A stretch of DNA of 64,000 nt from Octopus sinensis (GCF_006345805.1 NC_043017.1:14322001-14386000), one strand, 5' to 3'. Positions 42,510-54,940 are shown, counted from the stretch's first letter. Notes: generated by a model not told the origin, from the letters alone. A program made the numbers and translations.

Positions 42510-45183
42510 ATACTGCAATAATTTTATAACCTCTAATGTCTACTTTGGTATCATCAGAAAGAAGACTGATAATCATTTCAATGGAATACATCAAACACAC
42601 AAACAATTCTCATGTATAAATAAATAGACAGATTTTACTATTGTCTGTAAGGAGAAATCTCCAATTAAGTTTTATATATTTTCCATAAATATTTATGGAA
42701 AATATAAAATGCTTCTCCCTTTTATTTAACCAGTGGACTGCAACAGTAACAGAATGAACATGTTGACAGCATTGTAGATAATGATAGACACATTTCAACA
42801 TAAATATTTTAAAAACAGAAATTGGATGAGTGAGGAGAGGTCATGTTGGTTCAACCAAGAAGAACTATATTCATAACAAAAAGAAAAAAAAGAAAAAAGC
42901 TAATTAATTAATTCAAAGACATGTTAATTAAACACAAACAAAGATAAAACTTCAAATTCAGATTTAAAATTGAATAATCTCCACTTCTAGAAATTAACTC
43001 TAATTAGCAAGAAGCATGCTGCAATTACAAGTGTTAATGCTACAGTTCTATATAGAATCAATCAATTAATCTTGGTGATTAGATTAAAGCTAAATACACG
43101 GATGGCAGAAAGACAAATTGATTTTAAGCTAAAACTAACATGGCTGGTCTAAACCTAAAAGAAGAGTGAATTGTTTCACAATGAAATTCAAATGACACTG
43201 AAAGAAAACAGATTTTTTTGATAGACTGGGGTCGGGTAGATCTACTGTGAGTCTTTCAACTATCTGTGAAATCTATGGCAGTGTGTATAAAGATATTAGG
43301 GATAAATGAAAATATATATTCTATATAACATTAGCTATGACTAGGTTTACACATGAAATACATGTTTAGTTTTTATTTATATAGTTTTATTTTATAGTTA
43401 TTTGTGTGTGCACATATAAACAAGTAACTGTGCATGTATATGTATGTACTATATATATATATATATATATACGTAATTAATTAATATATATTAATTATAC
43501 ACCTGAACAGTGCCCGAAATGTCTGGATCTAATGAAAAATTTGCCAGATATATATTTTTGGTGGGGATCCACTAATGAAGATTTCAGCAGAAATATTTGA
43601 TGAAAGATCAACATTACCGTATTTGTTTTGACAATAATGTATTAGGGAGAACCAACATCCACATGTCATAATCTTTCTGTCATTCCTTTGTCCGAATAAC
43701 AACAATGTGTCTTCAGTGACAGAGTGCTTCACCGTGTTTTAATGTGAGGCATTATAGAATTGAAATGCTTTCAAGAAAATTAATCATGAGACGCAGTGCA
43801 GTTGAATGGCCACCAGAGTCCTCGAGTCTGTGAGGTGGTGGTGGTGGTGGTGGTTATAAGTCAGGAGACTCCATGAATCAACTCAGCATTATCAATGAAA
43901 TACATTAAAAAAATGAATGCAATCATATCCAGATGTGATAACACTAGAGGAGATAATCCAAGAAGGACTCAACATTCCGGTATTTGGTAGAGTCAAAAAT
44001 ATTGAAAGGTCAAAGGTCACCATTCGCAGCTTTCATTGTTATTTCATGCTTTTCAATAATTCAAGAGCTCTCTTCAGAGATCCTAACTTGACAGTTTCCT
44101 TATCCATTTATTCATTCATACGGACATACACACACATACATATACACGTGTCTATACGTGTGTGTGTGTGATATATGCATGTATGTGTTAGTGTGTGTGC
44201 TAAATAGTGGCTACAGTTACAGTAGAAGAGAGAGCTCTGTGATTGAATCTAATAAAGCTGGTGAGCGATAAAAATTTTTGCTGTTGAATGAGGAATCTGC
44301 AACCAACAAATCAACAGAATTCTCAAGTAATCACAAAATAAAACCACAAACTACTGTAACTGGTGTATATAATATGTAATATTTAATAGTACTTCATATT
44401 ACTGTTAATATTAAGACCAACTGATGTGAATAACAGCTGATATTGGCATGTCAACAGCTCTATACTCCATATATCAACATATGGGCCTGAAAGGGTGAGG
44501 GTCATTACTGGATTGGTTGACTTGAACTCAGAATATAAACTAATAAACTATATACCATATAGCTTCTGTACACCATTCTTCATATTTTGTTAATTTCCCC
44601 AACATTCTGACATAATTACGTAAAAAATTATGTCAACAGGTCTTCACTGCATTGACATAGTTATATAAAAAAGTACAGATCAGGCCCTTGAGAATATATT
44701 TTCTCTGCTACAGAGGAATAGATAGCTGAGTATGTGATAAACGATGGAGATCACCACTGCCACCATCATCTATACGTAATCTGTGATGATGAGTCTGCTA
44801 AAATTTATTTTGTTGGACTCATGGTTATGCATTAAAAATTTTGACTCTTAGACTCCTTGTTTTGAGTTGTTTTTCAAAGTGGCTCAATAATATCCTTCCC
44901 AGCCTGTTACTTCTGTCAATAGATACATATAAGTGTCTATTTATATATATAAACATACACACACACATATATATAGATAGATATATACATACACACACAC
45001 ACATACATACAGACAAGATGTTGCACATAACTATAGATTCACAAATAGATTTTTAAACTATTTTCATTGTTTGTTGATTGACTATTTCATTAGTTGTAAA
45101 CCGACACTGCAAGCAGCCGCTAGGAAGAGCGCTACTAAACCAAGAAGGCAACTAATGGGAGGCAAGATGCAACAGATACATAC

Positions 45184-45213
45184 TTCAAGTTTTTTCTTTT
45201 CAGCTGCTTCTTG
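45184..45213 (-). CDS. Cav2: Cav2 II-III linker microexon A, 30 nt (QEAAEKKKLE)
   Basis: Acceptor tttctttccgtgtttttgacaagcag, donor gtatgt, phase 0 to 0. Continues the charged helix. Homologous to 42234-42263. Confidence 0.78.
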
Positions 45214-46059
45214 CTGCTTGTCAAAAACACGGAAAGAAATGAATGTGCTTACGGGTAAAAGGTTGGCCTCACTTCTAGCTTTCACCATCAAAACATTTAA
45301 TTTTTTTTATATACATTAAAGTCACTTACTTTGAATAATAAAAATAATGAATAATGAACAGAAAATGTAATTAAAATATTTTATAACAACATACTAATTA
45401 TTGTAGAATTATTTTGAATCACAAACAAAAGTTTATTTTTATTAATACAAAACAAAGTGATTTTTGAGTAAAATCATATATCTATAAGCTGTAACATAAT
45501 TGGAGTTAATTATTATTAAATCATTTATAATTAAGTTGAGAGGTTTTAAAAATGCATAACATGCATATTTATTGTTAAACATCTAACCTAGGTTTATTGG
45601 AGTTAATGTTATTAAAGATACACTTCTTTACTGACGATTTAGTACAGAGCTTGCAAATATTTATCCTTGTGACTGGTTTTGACAAACCAATAATCCGATG
45701 TAACCCATTTTCTTAAAATATATCTCAAAAGGGAATGCTTAACATTTGATACTTTTCTTAAGGAAACATTTGTTGGGACCGGTGTCGACAGAGGACCTCA
45801 AATAAGATGTGTGAGTGAATGTCTGATAATTCCCCACAATGTTAATGTTGGGAATAAAATTGCATGAATAACAAGTTAAACAGGAGCATTGTGTGTTGAT
45901 TGAATCTTTGACCTGATTATTTGTGGAAAGAATTACAAGGATAGATGCTTTGGTTTGCTTTGAGTATCACAGCCCAGCATTGCCTAAGTGAAATGTTTGT
46001 ATGCTTCAATGAAATTGATGTCAAAAAGATAAAGTTACTGTTTACTCTTCAGGTAGAAC

Positions 46060-46633
46060 ATGGATAATAGTTGGTTGTAGACTAAACAGAGAGGATATAA
46101 TTGAGCAAACTCCAATACATGTTTTTATTAACTCTGAAGAAATGCCACTAAGCATTCTGTCCTGTAGGTTAATAATTCTGATAATTCACCACCTTAACAA
46201 CCCTAATAATAATAATAATCCTGTCTACTATAGGCACAAGGCCTGAAATTTGGGTGAGGGGACCCCAGTACTCCACTGGTACTTATTTTACTGATCCCAA
46301 AAGGATGAAGGGCAAAGTCAACTTCAGTGGAATTTGAACTCAGAACATACAGACAGACAAAATCCCACTAAGCATTTTGCCCAGCGTGCTAACAATTCTG
46401 CCAGCTCACTGCCTTTTAATAATAATCCTTTCCACAATAAGCAGAAGGTCTGAAATTTTTGGGAAAAGTGTTTGTTGATTATACCAACCTTCGTGCTTCA
46501 CTGGTGTTCATTTTATTGACCATGAAAGGATGAAAAACAAAGCTGACTTCAGCAGAATTTGAACTCAGAAAGTAAATATAGGTGAAATATTGCTTAGCTA
46601 ATGATACTGTCAGTTTGCCACCACCACCACCAC

Positions 46634-46691
<58 letters not shown>

Positions 46692-47890
46692 GCAGAAGAC
46701 CGACAATTTTATGAAGACTTAGTTGATTATATTGATCTGGGGGAGAGGGGGGGCAAAGTTGATCTCCGTAGTATTTGAGCTCAGAAAATTGTGAATTGCA
46801 ACAATATCACAAAACATTTCTTTTGAATCTTTAACAATTTGGCCAATCTAACATCCTTATAGTAATAATAGTAAAAATAAATCTTTCCATTATAGGTAGA
46901 AGGCCTGAAATATTTGGAGAATGAGTTAGAGGATTATTTTGATCTCCCTGGTGGATTAGTACTCATTTCATTGACCCCCAAAAGGATGAAAGGCAAAGCT
47001 AACCTCAGCAGAATTTGAACTCAGAATATAATGGTTGCATATTTTGACACAAGGCCAGCAATTTCAGAAGAGGTGGGTAAGTCAGTTACATCAACCTCAG
47101 CACTCAACTGATACTTATTTTACCAACCATGAAAAGATGAAACACGTGGTTAAATTTAGCAGAATTTTAACTCAAAAACATTAAGATGGTTGAAATAACA
47201 CTAAGCATTTTGTCAAACACAGTAACGATTCTGCTAGCTTGCTGCCTAAATAATAATAATGATCCTTTCTAATGCAGGCTCAAGGCCTGAAATTTGAGGG
47301 GAGGAGGTAGTTGATTTCATCGACCCCAGAATGTCTTCAACCCCAAAGGGATGAAAGGCAAAGTTAACTTCAGCAGAATTTGAGCTTTGAATGTAAAGAT
47401 GGACAAAATACCCCTAAACATCTTGGCTAACATGCTAACGACTCTGCTACGTTGTTGCCAAAATGATGATAATGATAATCCTTTCTAATATAAGCACAAG
47501 ACCTGAAGTTTGGGGAGAGCATGCTAGTTCATCGACCCCCAAAAAAGGGTCAACCGTGGCAGAATTTGACTCGGGACATAAACGAAATGCCTCTAAGCAT
47601 TTTGTCTGGCATGCAAATGATTCTGCTAACTCACTACCCTTAAGACTACTACTACTAATAATAATAAAAATAACAACCTTTTCTGTTATAGGCACAAGAC
47701 TTGAAATGTTTTAGGTGGGGGGGCACAGGCTAGTTGATTATACTGATCCCAGTGTGCAACTGGTAGCGACCCCAAAAGGATGGAAGGTCAAGTTGAACTT
47801 GGTGGAATTTGGAATCAGAATGTAAAGACGGATGAAATGCTGCTAAGCATTTTGCCTGGTGCAGTCATGATTCTGCCAGCTTGCTGTCAC
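46060..47890 (+). repeat. Head-to-tail array of about 8-9 diverged SINE-like units of roughly 200 bp, separated by (AAT)n
   Basis: Recurring aatcctttc..ggcacaaggcctgaaattt..gaccccaaaaggatgaaaggcaaag..agaatttgaactcagaa..ctaagcatttt..gattctgc. Isolated copies at about 50560, 51480 and 53410. Boundaries approximate. Confidence 0.8.
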
Positions 47891-47892
47891 AA

Positions 47893-47915
47893 TAATGATA
47901 ATAATGATAATAATG

Positions 47916-47992
<77 letters not shown>
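47893..47992. repeat. (AAT)n microsatellite
   Basis: Direct reading. Other trinucleotide tracts at 46635-46690 (AAT), 1965-2035 (ATT/AGT), 8398-8433 (AGT) and 19907-19962 (CTA/CAC). Confidence 0.95.
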
Positions 47993-47994
<2 letters not shown>

Positions 47995-48490
47995 AGCAAA
48001 TATTCTGCTCAATACCACAGATTTGCTTGTTATTTGCTTGAGCTTAACCAGTTGAGCATGTCCCTTAGTGGCTGACGATATGTGCATCTCTGATCACGAG
48101 AAGAAGTAGTGGGGGAGCATCATAGCCATGTGTAGAGAGGGAGGCTTTGGGGTTTGAATAATTCACCTTTGGAAACATGGTTATTTTGTTCAACATCCTT
48201 AAGCAACCCTTATTTGGGGACCTTTTGAGTGGGGTGGGTTACTCAACCAGAAGAAAATTCTAACTGGGCCCCACCTGCAAGGTCATGTGCTGTTTATCTT
48301 GATATGAGATCACAATGTCGCACACATATGGTTGTGATGCATGTGCCTGGTGTACCCTTATCAGACGGGTAGTCATGATGGGTATACTGGGCTTCGTATA
48401 TTTTACCCCAGTGTCACTTTGATGGCATGAACTGCTCTCTCACTCAATAATAATAATAATAATAATAATAAGAATAATAATAATAATAAG
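47995..48490 (+). mobile_element. Retroelement 3' end/SINE-like sequence with (AAT)n tail
   Basis: GC-richer non-coding block bounded by (AAT)n tracts and ending ctctcactcaataataat. Family not assignable without a repeat library. Confidence 0.5.
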
Positions 48491-49434
48491 AAGAAGAATG
48501 ATAATGATAACAATAGGTGTCTAGTTGAGACCTGGTCAGAAATAAAATGCAATTCAATTGGAAAATGATAACAATAATACCTGTAATCACTGCATTTTTT
48601 TTTAGGTTTAAATAATCTCTCGTTACATGCTTGCCTTCATACTCATTAGTTTTAATCTTGAATGATATTAAAGGATCATCCTTTTATAATTAATTCAGCC
48701 AGAACTTATCTTTTTATGTCACAAAAACCTGATTAATGATGTAAATTTTAATAATGAAGTCATTAATTTGAAATAATAAAATTCTGTTTAAATCTGTAAA
48801 GGAAAATATTTGAGAAATAATCTAATGATGTTTCTACTGAAGACTAACAAATATAAAAAATTCTGTTGTATATAATTAGATTTAGAAGCTTATTATTACA
48901 GATAAGAGCTTTGTTCTACAGTTTTATTTGTATTTTCAAATTCATATTTTTATAAATTTCGTTTTTATTAAAAAAAAAACAAAAACATTTTTACTAAGTA
49001 TGGTATTTTTAAATGAAGGGAAAATCTAATATTTTGATATTTAACTGAGCACTTTTGATTTTAATTGGGTAAAATATGGAATTCAAGATATTGCCTGATC
49101 TGCATCATCTATAAATAGTAAATAGCACGAGAATTCTTTCTTTGGTTATAAACTCAGAGCCAAAGACACAAATCCGTATTTGTTGCATGGAAGTCTTGGT
49201 AATAGGGTTCACATTAGGGAATTCCATATTAGAGTAATATTTTCAAGAACACAACACTTTTGTAATGTAAGAGATCCCTGTTAGGAATCCATCTATGAAT
49301 ATATATATAAAAATTAATTTACGGTGTCATTAACTCTATTATTATCCAATGTAACTATTTTAAAAATGATAATAACAGAATCAATAACACAGGTGATAGC
49401 AGGCCAAAAAATAACATTAAATAGCCGAGGGATT

Positions 49435-49586
49435 AAAATTAATCAAAGGACATACTAGCTATGTCAACCTGCTTGAAATAACAGTCAAAACTGCAGTTTC
49501 ATCAGTGTCTTTTTGGCGATTTAATAAAAGTTTTGACTGTTATTTCAAGCAGGTAGACATACTTAGTATGTCCTTTGATTAATTTT
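49435..49586. repeat. 58-bp inverted repeat with 36-nt loop
   Basis: 49435-49492 versus 49529-49586, 3 mismatches. Confidence 0.9.
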
Positions 49587-49588
49587 TA

Positions 49589-49638
<50 letters not shown>

Positions 49639-49806
49639 ATCTGTTTCTGTACCAGGGTTTCACACAACACACCAACCTCCAGTAGATTCTGCCATAGTTA
49701 TTGAACCATAAACATAAACATACTTATACACCAAACACCTGTTAGGTGATAAAGATAAATCCATAACTCTATTAGAAATATATAAATACAAATCAGGTGT
49801 ACTCAC

Positions 49807-49907
49807 CTCTTGCCGTACTCCTTCTTGCTCCTCCTCTGCAGCAGTTAGCTCTTGAGCGTTGGCCAAATTATCAACAGCAATGGCCAAGAACACGTTCAGC
49901 AGTGTGT
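49807..49907 (-). CDS. Cav2: Cav2 exon, end of IIS6 and start of II-III linker ([34 protein letters not shown])
   Basis: 101 nt, ctccag/gtgagt, phase 1 to 0. Confidence 0.97.
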
Positions 49908-51101
49908 CTGGAGAGGAGTTAAGGATGTTTATATACTTTCTCTTCCATCTTTATCTAATCAAATGTTTGGATACCAGGAAACAGAACAGAATTTGCATAT
50001 AGGTGCTTGTATGTGTGTGTGTGTAAATTTTGGTGGAATACCCAAACCATTAGCACATCAGACAAAATACTCTGCAGAATTTATTTTTGCTAATTTTGTT
50101 TTGAGTTCAAAATTTGTTAAGGCCAAATTTGCCCTTCATCCTTCTGGGAATTGATAAAATAAAGAAGCATTCAAAGGCATCAGATCAGTAGATGTGGCCA
50201 AAATTCCTTGAAGTATTTGTTCTTAAGTTGTTACAATTGCTGATTCAGTAATTCACAACTTCAGATCTCTCTTTAGACTCTAAAACTTCCACTATCAAAT
50301 TATTTATTTCTTAACTATTTTGCCCTTCTCTATAAACATATTAAATCTCTCATTGCTAATAAACTACATTCTTAGCAGATTCTTCCATCATTCTGCTAAA
50401 TTTTGGTCAAACAATATACATAAATTTCTTTAAACCCAAATATAACTTGCCGAAATTTTCTTAATTAAAAATTTCAATACTTCATATATCATTGATTTTT
50501 AAAACAGACACATAGCTTGAAATTTCCTTAAATTTGGTTGGTGGGGAGGTGTACAGTTAATTAAACTGAACTTATTATTGGAAAGATGGGAACCAAAGTT
50601 GGCCTCAGCAGGATTTGAACTCAAAACATAAAGTATCATAACTTAATACTGTAAAGTAAGTTCCCAATAATCTAACAGTTCTCTTAATTACCATATCAGA
50701 TATTCTTTGTATTAACTGTGCAAAGACTTGCAATCCTAAACTTTCAGTAGAGAGTTAGCACAAGCGGAATGATTTTTAATTTTATTGATCGACATAGATA
50801 TGAGTTTGGACTTAAAAAACACACCAAAGCATAATCTGGGTTTTAGAAAGATTAATCATTGATTTGGAATCTTATCCCAACATAAAGTAGGAGCTTTAAG
50901 GAATTTTGATTTTAAAATGTAACAACATATTAGAATTCTTAATGATGATGGGATGAATAATTAACTTAAAAAGGAAGCAAAATCAGAATATTGTTATTAT
51001 CTCTGCAAAGGATAAAGAATATTTTGTAAACAAGTGATGTCATACTGAAAGAAGATATCAGGAATATTAAATATAAAAGCAAAACACTGTTAGAAGGATA
51101 C
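49908..51101 (-). other. U12-type (minor spliceosome) GT-AG intron
   Basis: 5' splice site GTATCCTTCT at 51101 downward. Branch-point consensus TCCTTAAC at 49925-49918, followed by tcctctccag. There is no long pyrimidine tract. The intron splits the Tyr of GNY in IIS6. Confidence 0.93.
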
Positions 51102-51222
51102 AGTTTCCAAAGAGCACCAATATAATGAAATATGAGCAATATAACATGCCGCCACCACTTATTCCTCCTCTGGCCCGTATTCCACTGTACATGACTTCAT
51201 TCCAGTCTTCACCAGTTAAAAT
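51102..51222 (-). CDS. Cav2: Cav2 exon, domain II selectivity filter and IIS6 ([40 protein letters not shown])
   Basis: 121 nt, ttttag acceptor, donor GTATCCTT (U12 type), phase 0 to 1. Confidence 0.97.
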
Positions 51223-52346
51223 CTAAAAGAATCAAAATGCATTCATGCAATCTGAGATAGAGGACTCACAGAAGGAGGGTTTCAGTCACATTTGCTGTTA
51301 AAAATATTCTTTAAATTGTTTTAATGTTTTTCTCATGACACAAAAAAAGAAAAATCTCAAATTCTTAAACTTGTTGTTCTTCAGATAATTTGAAAAATAT
51401 TGAAGAAAGAGACAAGAGAGGGTGATGAGTTGAAAGATTCAACTTTAATTAACTATTCTGTCTATTTCTAATAATAATTACTTCAAAATTTTGCCACAAG
51501 AGCAGCATGGAGGAGGTGGGGGATGAGTCGATTACATCGACCCGTGTTTCACTGGTACTTATGATGATGAAAAGCAAAGTTAACCGTGGCAGAATTTGAA
51601 CTGAGAACATAGTGATGGGCAAAATATGGCTAAGCATTTCGTCCAGCATGCTAACCATTCTGCCATCTTGCCGCCTTTCTTAATAATAATAATAATAAAT
51701 TCAGCAAACAACCAACCTATTTAATCTCTCAATGCTGGACAAACACAGCAAAAAGACACAATGTTCCCTTACCGTTATTTCAGATCATCTGTTAACCTTA
51801 TGTTTTACACAATCATCCACCTTCTACATTCCTTGATGTTATGCAACAACCACCAATATATCGGTTTTGGGTGGAGTTTGTCTCTATGAAACCATATTCT
51901 CAAGAGATAAGCTGCCATACTGATATATTATATGTCCAAAGCAATTCTCTTTCTGCTTTTTAAGAACTGACAGAAACGTTTCATGGCTCATGGTCCTCTC
52001 ATCAATTAATACAACAACATTGTTAGCATTAGTTGTCCTCGGTTAGTAACTAATCTTGGTCCTGGTCCCTGACTATAACCTCCAGTAAACATTTGTGGTC
52101 CGTGAGTAACTGGGTTTCGTTGTTTTAGCAGGAAATGTCAGGAAGTGATGTAACTTATCTGAACCTTGCTGACAGCATCATTTGCTAGCAGAGGAAGTCA
52201 TGGATTCTCAAACCTTTCTGTGTAAGTTGCTGTCAGTGAAAGAAATAGCTTTTGGTTACACAGATGGAGTAGACGGAAATGACTGAGGACAGGACTTTTC
52301 TCCAAGAAAAGTTTGAATATCTTTGATAAATATTGATTATTGTGGA

Positions 52347-52502
52347 AGAGAGAGAGAGAAAGAGAGAGGGAGAGAGAGCAGAGGGAGTGGGGAGGGAAGA
52401 AGAGAAACGGAGAGAGAGAGAGAGGGGAGAGGAGGAGAAAGGAGAAGAGAGAGGAAGGGACAGAGAGAAAAGGAAGGGAGAGAGAGAAAGAGAGAGAGAG
52501 AG
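52347..52502. repeat. Polypurine (AG/GA)-rich tract
   Basis: Almost purely A/G for about 155 nt. Confidence 0.9.
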
Positions 52503-52639
52503 ATGTGTTGAGCTCTATTATGTTACCGGGTAGTGAAATATTGCCAAGGAATGTGGAGGATGTGTGTAGGTTGGATAGAAATGAATCTTGTGTGTTTCCC
52601 TGGATGTGTCTAATGTTCAATCGAGAGAATGATGGAACA

Positions 52640-52960
52640 GCGACAGACTCAGAAGATACCTCTCTCCATCTTTTCTTTGGTTTTCTTCTTTTGCAGGTTT
52701 CCTTCCACTTGCATATTTCATGGTCCTTCTTTATACAACCAACATCCTCTACACACATCACATTTCTGCACCAATTTCCTTCTCTTGTACACTAAAAATG
52801 ATGCCCCTTACCAACAGCAGAGTACCCAACACACCAATGGTCTGGGAACCATGACGTATCGGTCATTCCCTGGCAAGTTGAGACTCAGGACAAATAAATT
52901 TGATCCCATTCTCCTCTTCTTTCTGGTGACGCTTCTTTCAACAAGGAGAAATTGAAAATT
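52640..52960 (-). mobile_element. Decayed RTE-like LINE C-terminal fragment
   Basis: VMCVEDVGCIKKDHEI..ETCKRRKPKKRWREV resembles the W.GHVMRM..C.KKC....VEG..GRGRP.KTW motif. Boundaries approximate. Confidence 0.55.
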
Positions 52961-53080
52961 TTGACCAGGAAAACCAGCCAAAGATGATGGTTAGGAAGAT
53001 GATGATGATAATGATGGTGTGTGTGTGTGCACGTGAATGCAAGTGTGTGTGTGTGTGTGCATGTATCTTTGCATACTTAC

Positions 53081-53153
53081 TTGAAATACAGTTAGTAGCG
53101 CGATGGGAAATGTATCGAAATGACTGGCGGGCCTCCCTTCTTCAAAATTCATC
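53081..53153 (-). CDS. Cav2: Cav2 exon, domain II turret/pore helix (MNFEEGRPASHFDTFPIALLTVFQ)
   Basis: 73 nt, tgtcag/gtaagt, phase 2 to 0. Confidence 0.96.
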
Positions 53154-53719
53154 CTGACAAACAAACAAAACAAACTGTTAAGCTTTTGAAATATCAAAAA
53201 AAAAGTTCAATGTTAACAACAATCTGTGACACAGAAAGCAGTTAATGGTAATAAAATGTTGGAGACACAGAGTGGCGGCAATATGAGACAACAGTGTTAA
53301 AGTGAGAGAATATCTAGCCAGTGGATGGATATAGCATGGATAAAAAGGACATCAAATAAAAATATCAATTATTGATATCATATCTGACATTGAGATATGG
53401 CCCCACGTTTAGAAGGCAGGGTAAAGTTGATTACACTGACCCCAATATTTAACTGCTACTTTATTTTTGCTGCCCCAAAAAGATGAGCCCAGCAGGATTC
53501 AAACACAAAGAGTTTGTAACTATACAATGGCTGGAATTTTTGTTTAGCATTTTGCTGACACAGTCAATGGAACAATAAATCAGAAGATATGAAATATCAT
53601 TTGAAATGGTTAAATGACGACATCAAACCTTTCAAAAGCTTAGGTGTCACTTAGAAGCACGATCTGGAGGGTATGTATCATGGTTTTGATAATTCTTTTA
53701 GAGGCTGATGTAATTAATT

Positions 53720-54105
53720 GTGGGCAGACTTAAACATGCTCTCAACCCGTCCACCTTTGACACCCCAGCTGGAGAGGTTCACAAATCAAAGCCAACGAAT
53801 GATAAATCTTTGCCACCTGAAGCAATGTGTGTCAACCAGGAGAATTCATCTACGAACCGATTACCCCAGCTCCCCTTCAGGTTTGGCGAAAGCGATGTGG
53901 TGGACAATGAAAAACCTGGCTGATGACAGTCAAGGCTGATCTGGAGCACAGCCTAGGCCCCCATATCTACGGCGTTCACCACTGGAATAAGGAGTGGTTG
54001 GAGATCACCAGGTCTGGTCGGCGTTTGTGAGATGCAGCATTGGGGATGAATGAAGCCAGCTCAACCCACCCAGGTGAATGCTGTCTCAAGACAAGAAGAA
54101 GACAA
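53720..54105 (+). mobile_element. Decayed RTE-like LINE 3' end
   Basis: TVKADLEHSLGPHIYGVHHWNKEWLEI..MNEASSTHPG with a caagacaagaagaag tail. Boundaries approximate. Confidence 0.6.
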
Positions 54106-54664
54106 TGTGTATCTACCAATCCTGTAATAAAGACTGTCTTTAAGATAATACCAAATGCCATAATTCTGCATGGCATTTATTTAACTGAGAGGAGATATTT
54201 AAGAGATAGTTGTGATAAAAACTGCAAGGCTAAAAAAAACAAACAAATCACCTTAGCTTTGTTGCTCATTAACAATAGTCATACTTCATTACTGAGCTGA
54301 CTTTCATCATGTGTGTGTGTGTGTAATTCATTAAGATATAACTGTATAAAGGAGAGGTAAACACTATCAAACAATGATTAACTACACCAAACAGGAACGG
54401 AGACAACTCAAAATCAAACTAAGCACTTTTTGACACACAGTGCTCCAAATAATAAACAGGAGAGCTTGGTTTTTAACAGACAGGTATGACAGCTCTCAGC
54501 CTGTTTCAGCTTTGACAGATCTTCTTAGATAATATATGATGATATGAAAGGGAACAACAGACTAAAATTTAACAGACATAATTGATATTCCTGGGCATGT
54601 TTTGATGATGGAAAATGAGGTATGAACGATGTTTTAGGAAGAAAAGATTTCTGCTTGTACTTAC

Positions 54665-54796
54665 ATTCCACCGAATAATTGCATTCCAAGTAAGGCAAAG
54701 ATGAGGATAAATAAGAAAAGAAGAAACAGCAGACTGACAATGGAACGCATACTGCTCAGTAATGAGACGACTAAGTTCCGTAGTGATGACCAATAT
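54665..54796 (-). CDS. Cav2: Cav2 exon, IIS4-S5 linker and IIS5 ([43 protein letters not shown])
   Basis: 132 nt, ctttag/gtaagt, phase 2 to 2. Confidence 0.97.
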
Positions 54797-54940
54797 CTAA
54801 AGAAGAGAGAATAGAGAGAAACAATGGGCAATTATAAGGAAGAAGAAAAAAATATTTTAAATGGAAACATTTTGGATTAACTTAGCCTCTGCCACTCTTG
54901 AAAGATTCTGTGAATAAGTCTTTCAGAAGAAGAACCTTAA

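Noticed and set aside
43529-44100. Possible Penelope/LINE RT remnant
   Set aside because: Only vague motif resemblance across broken frames, too weak to assign.
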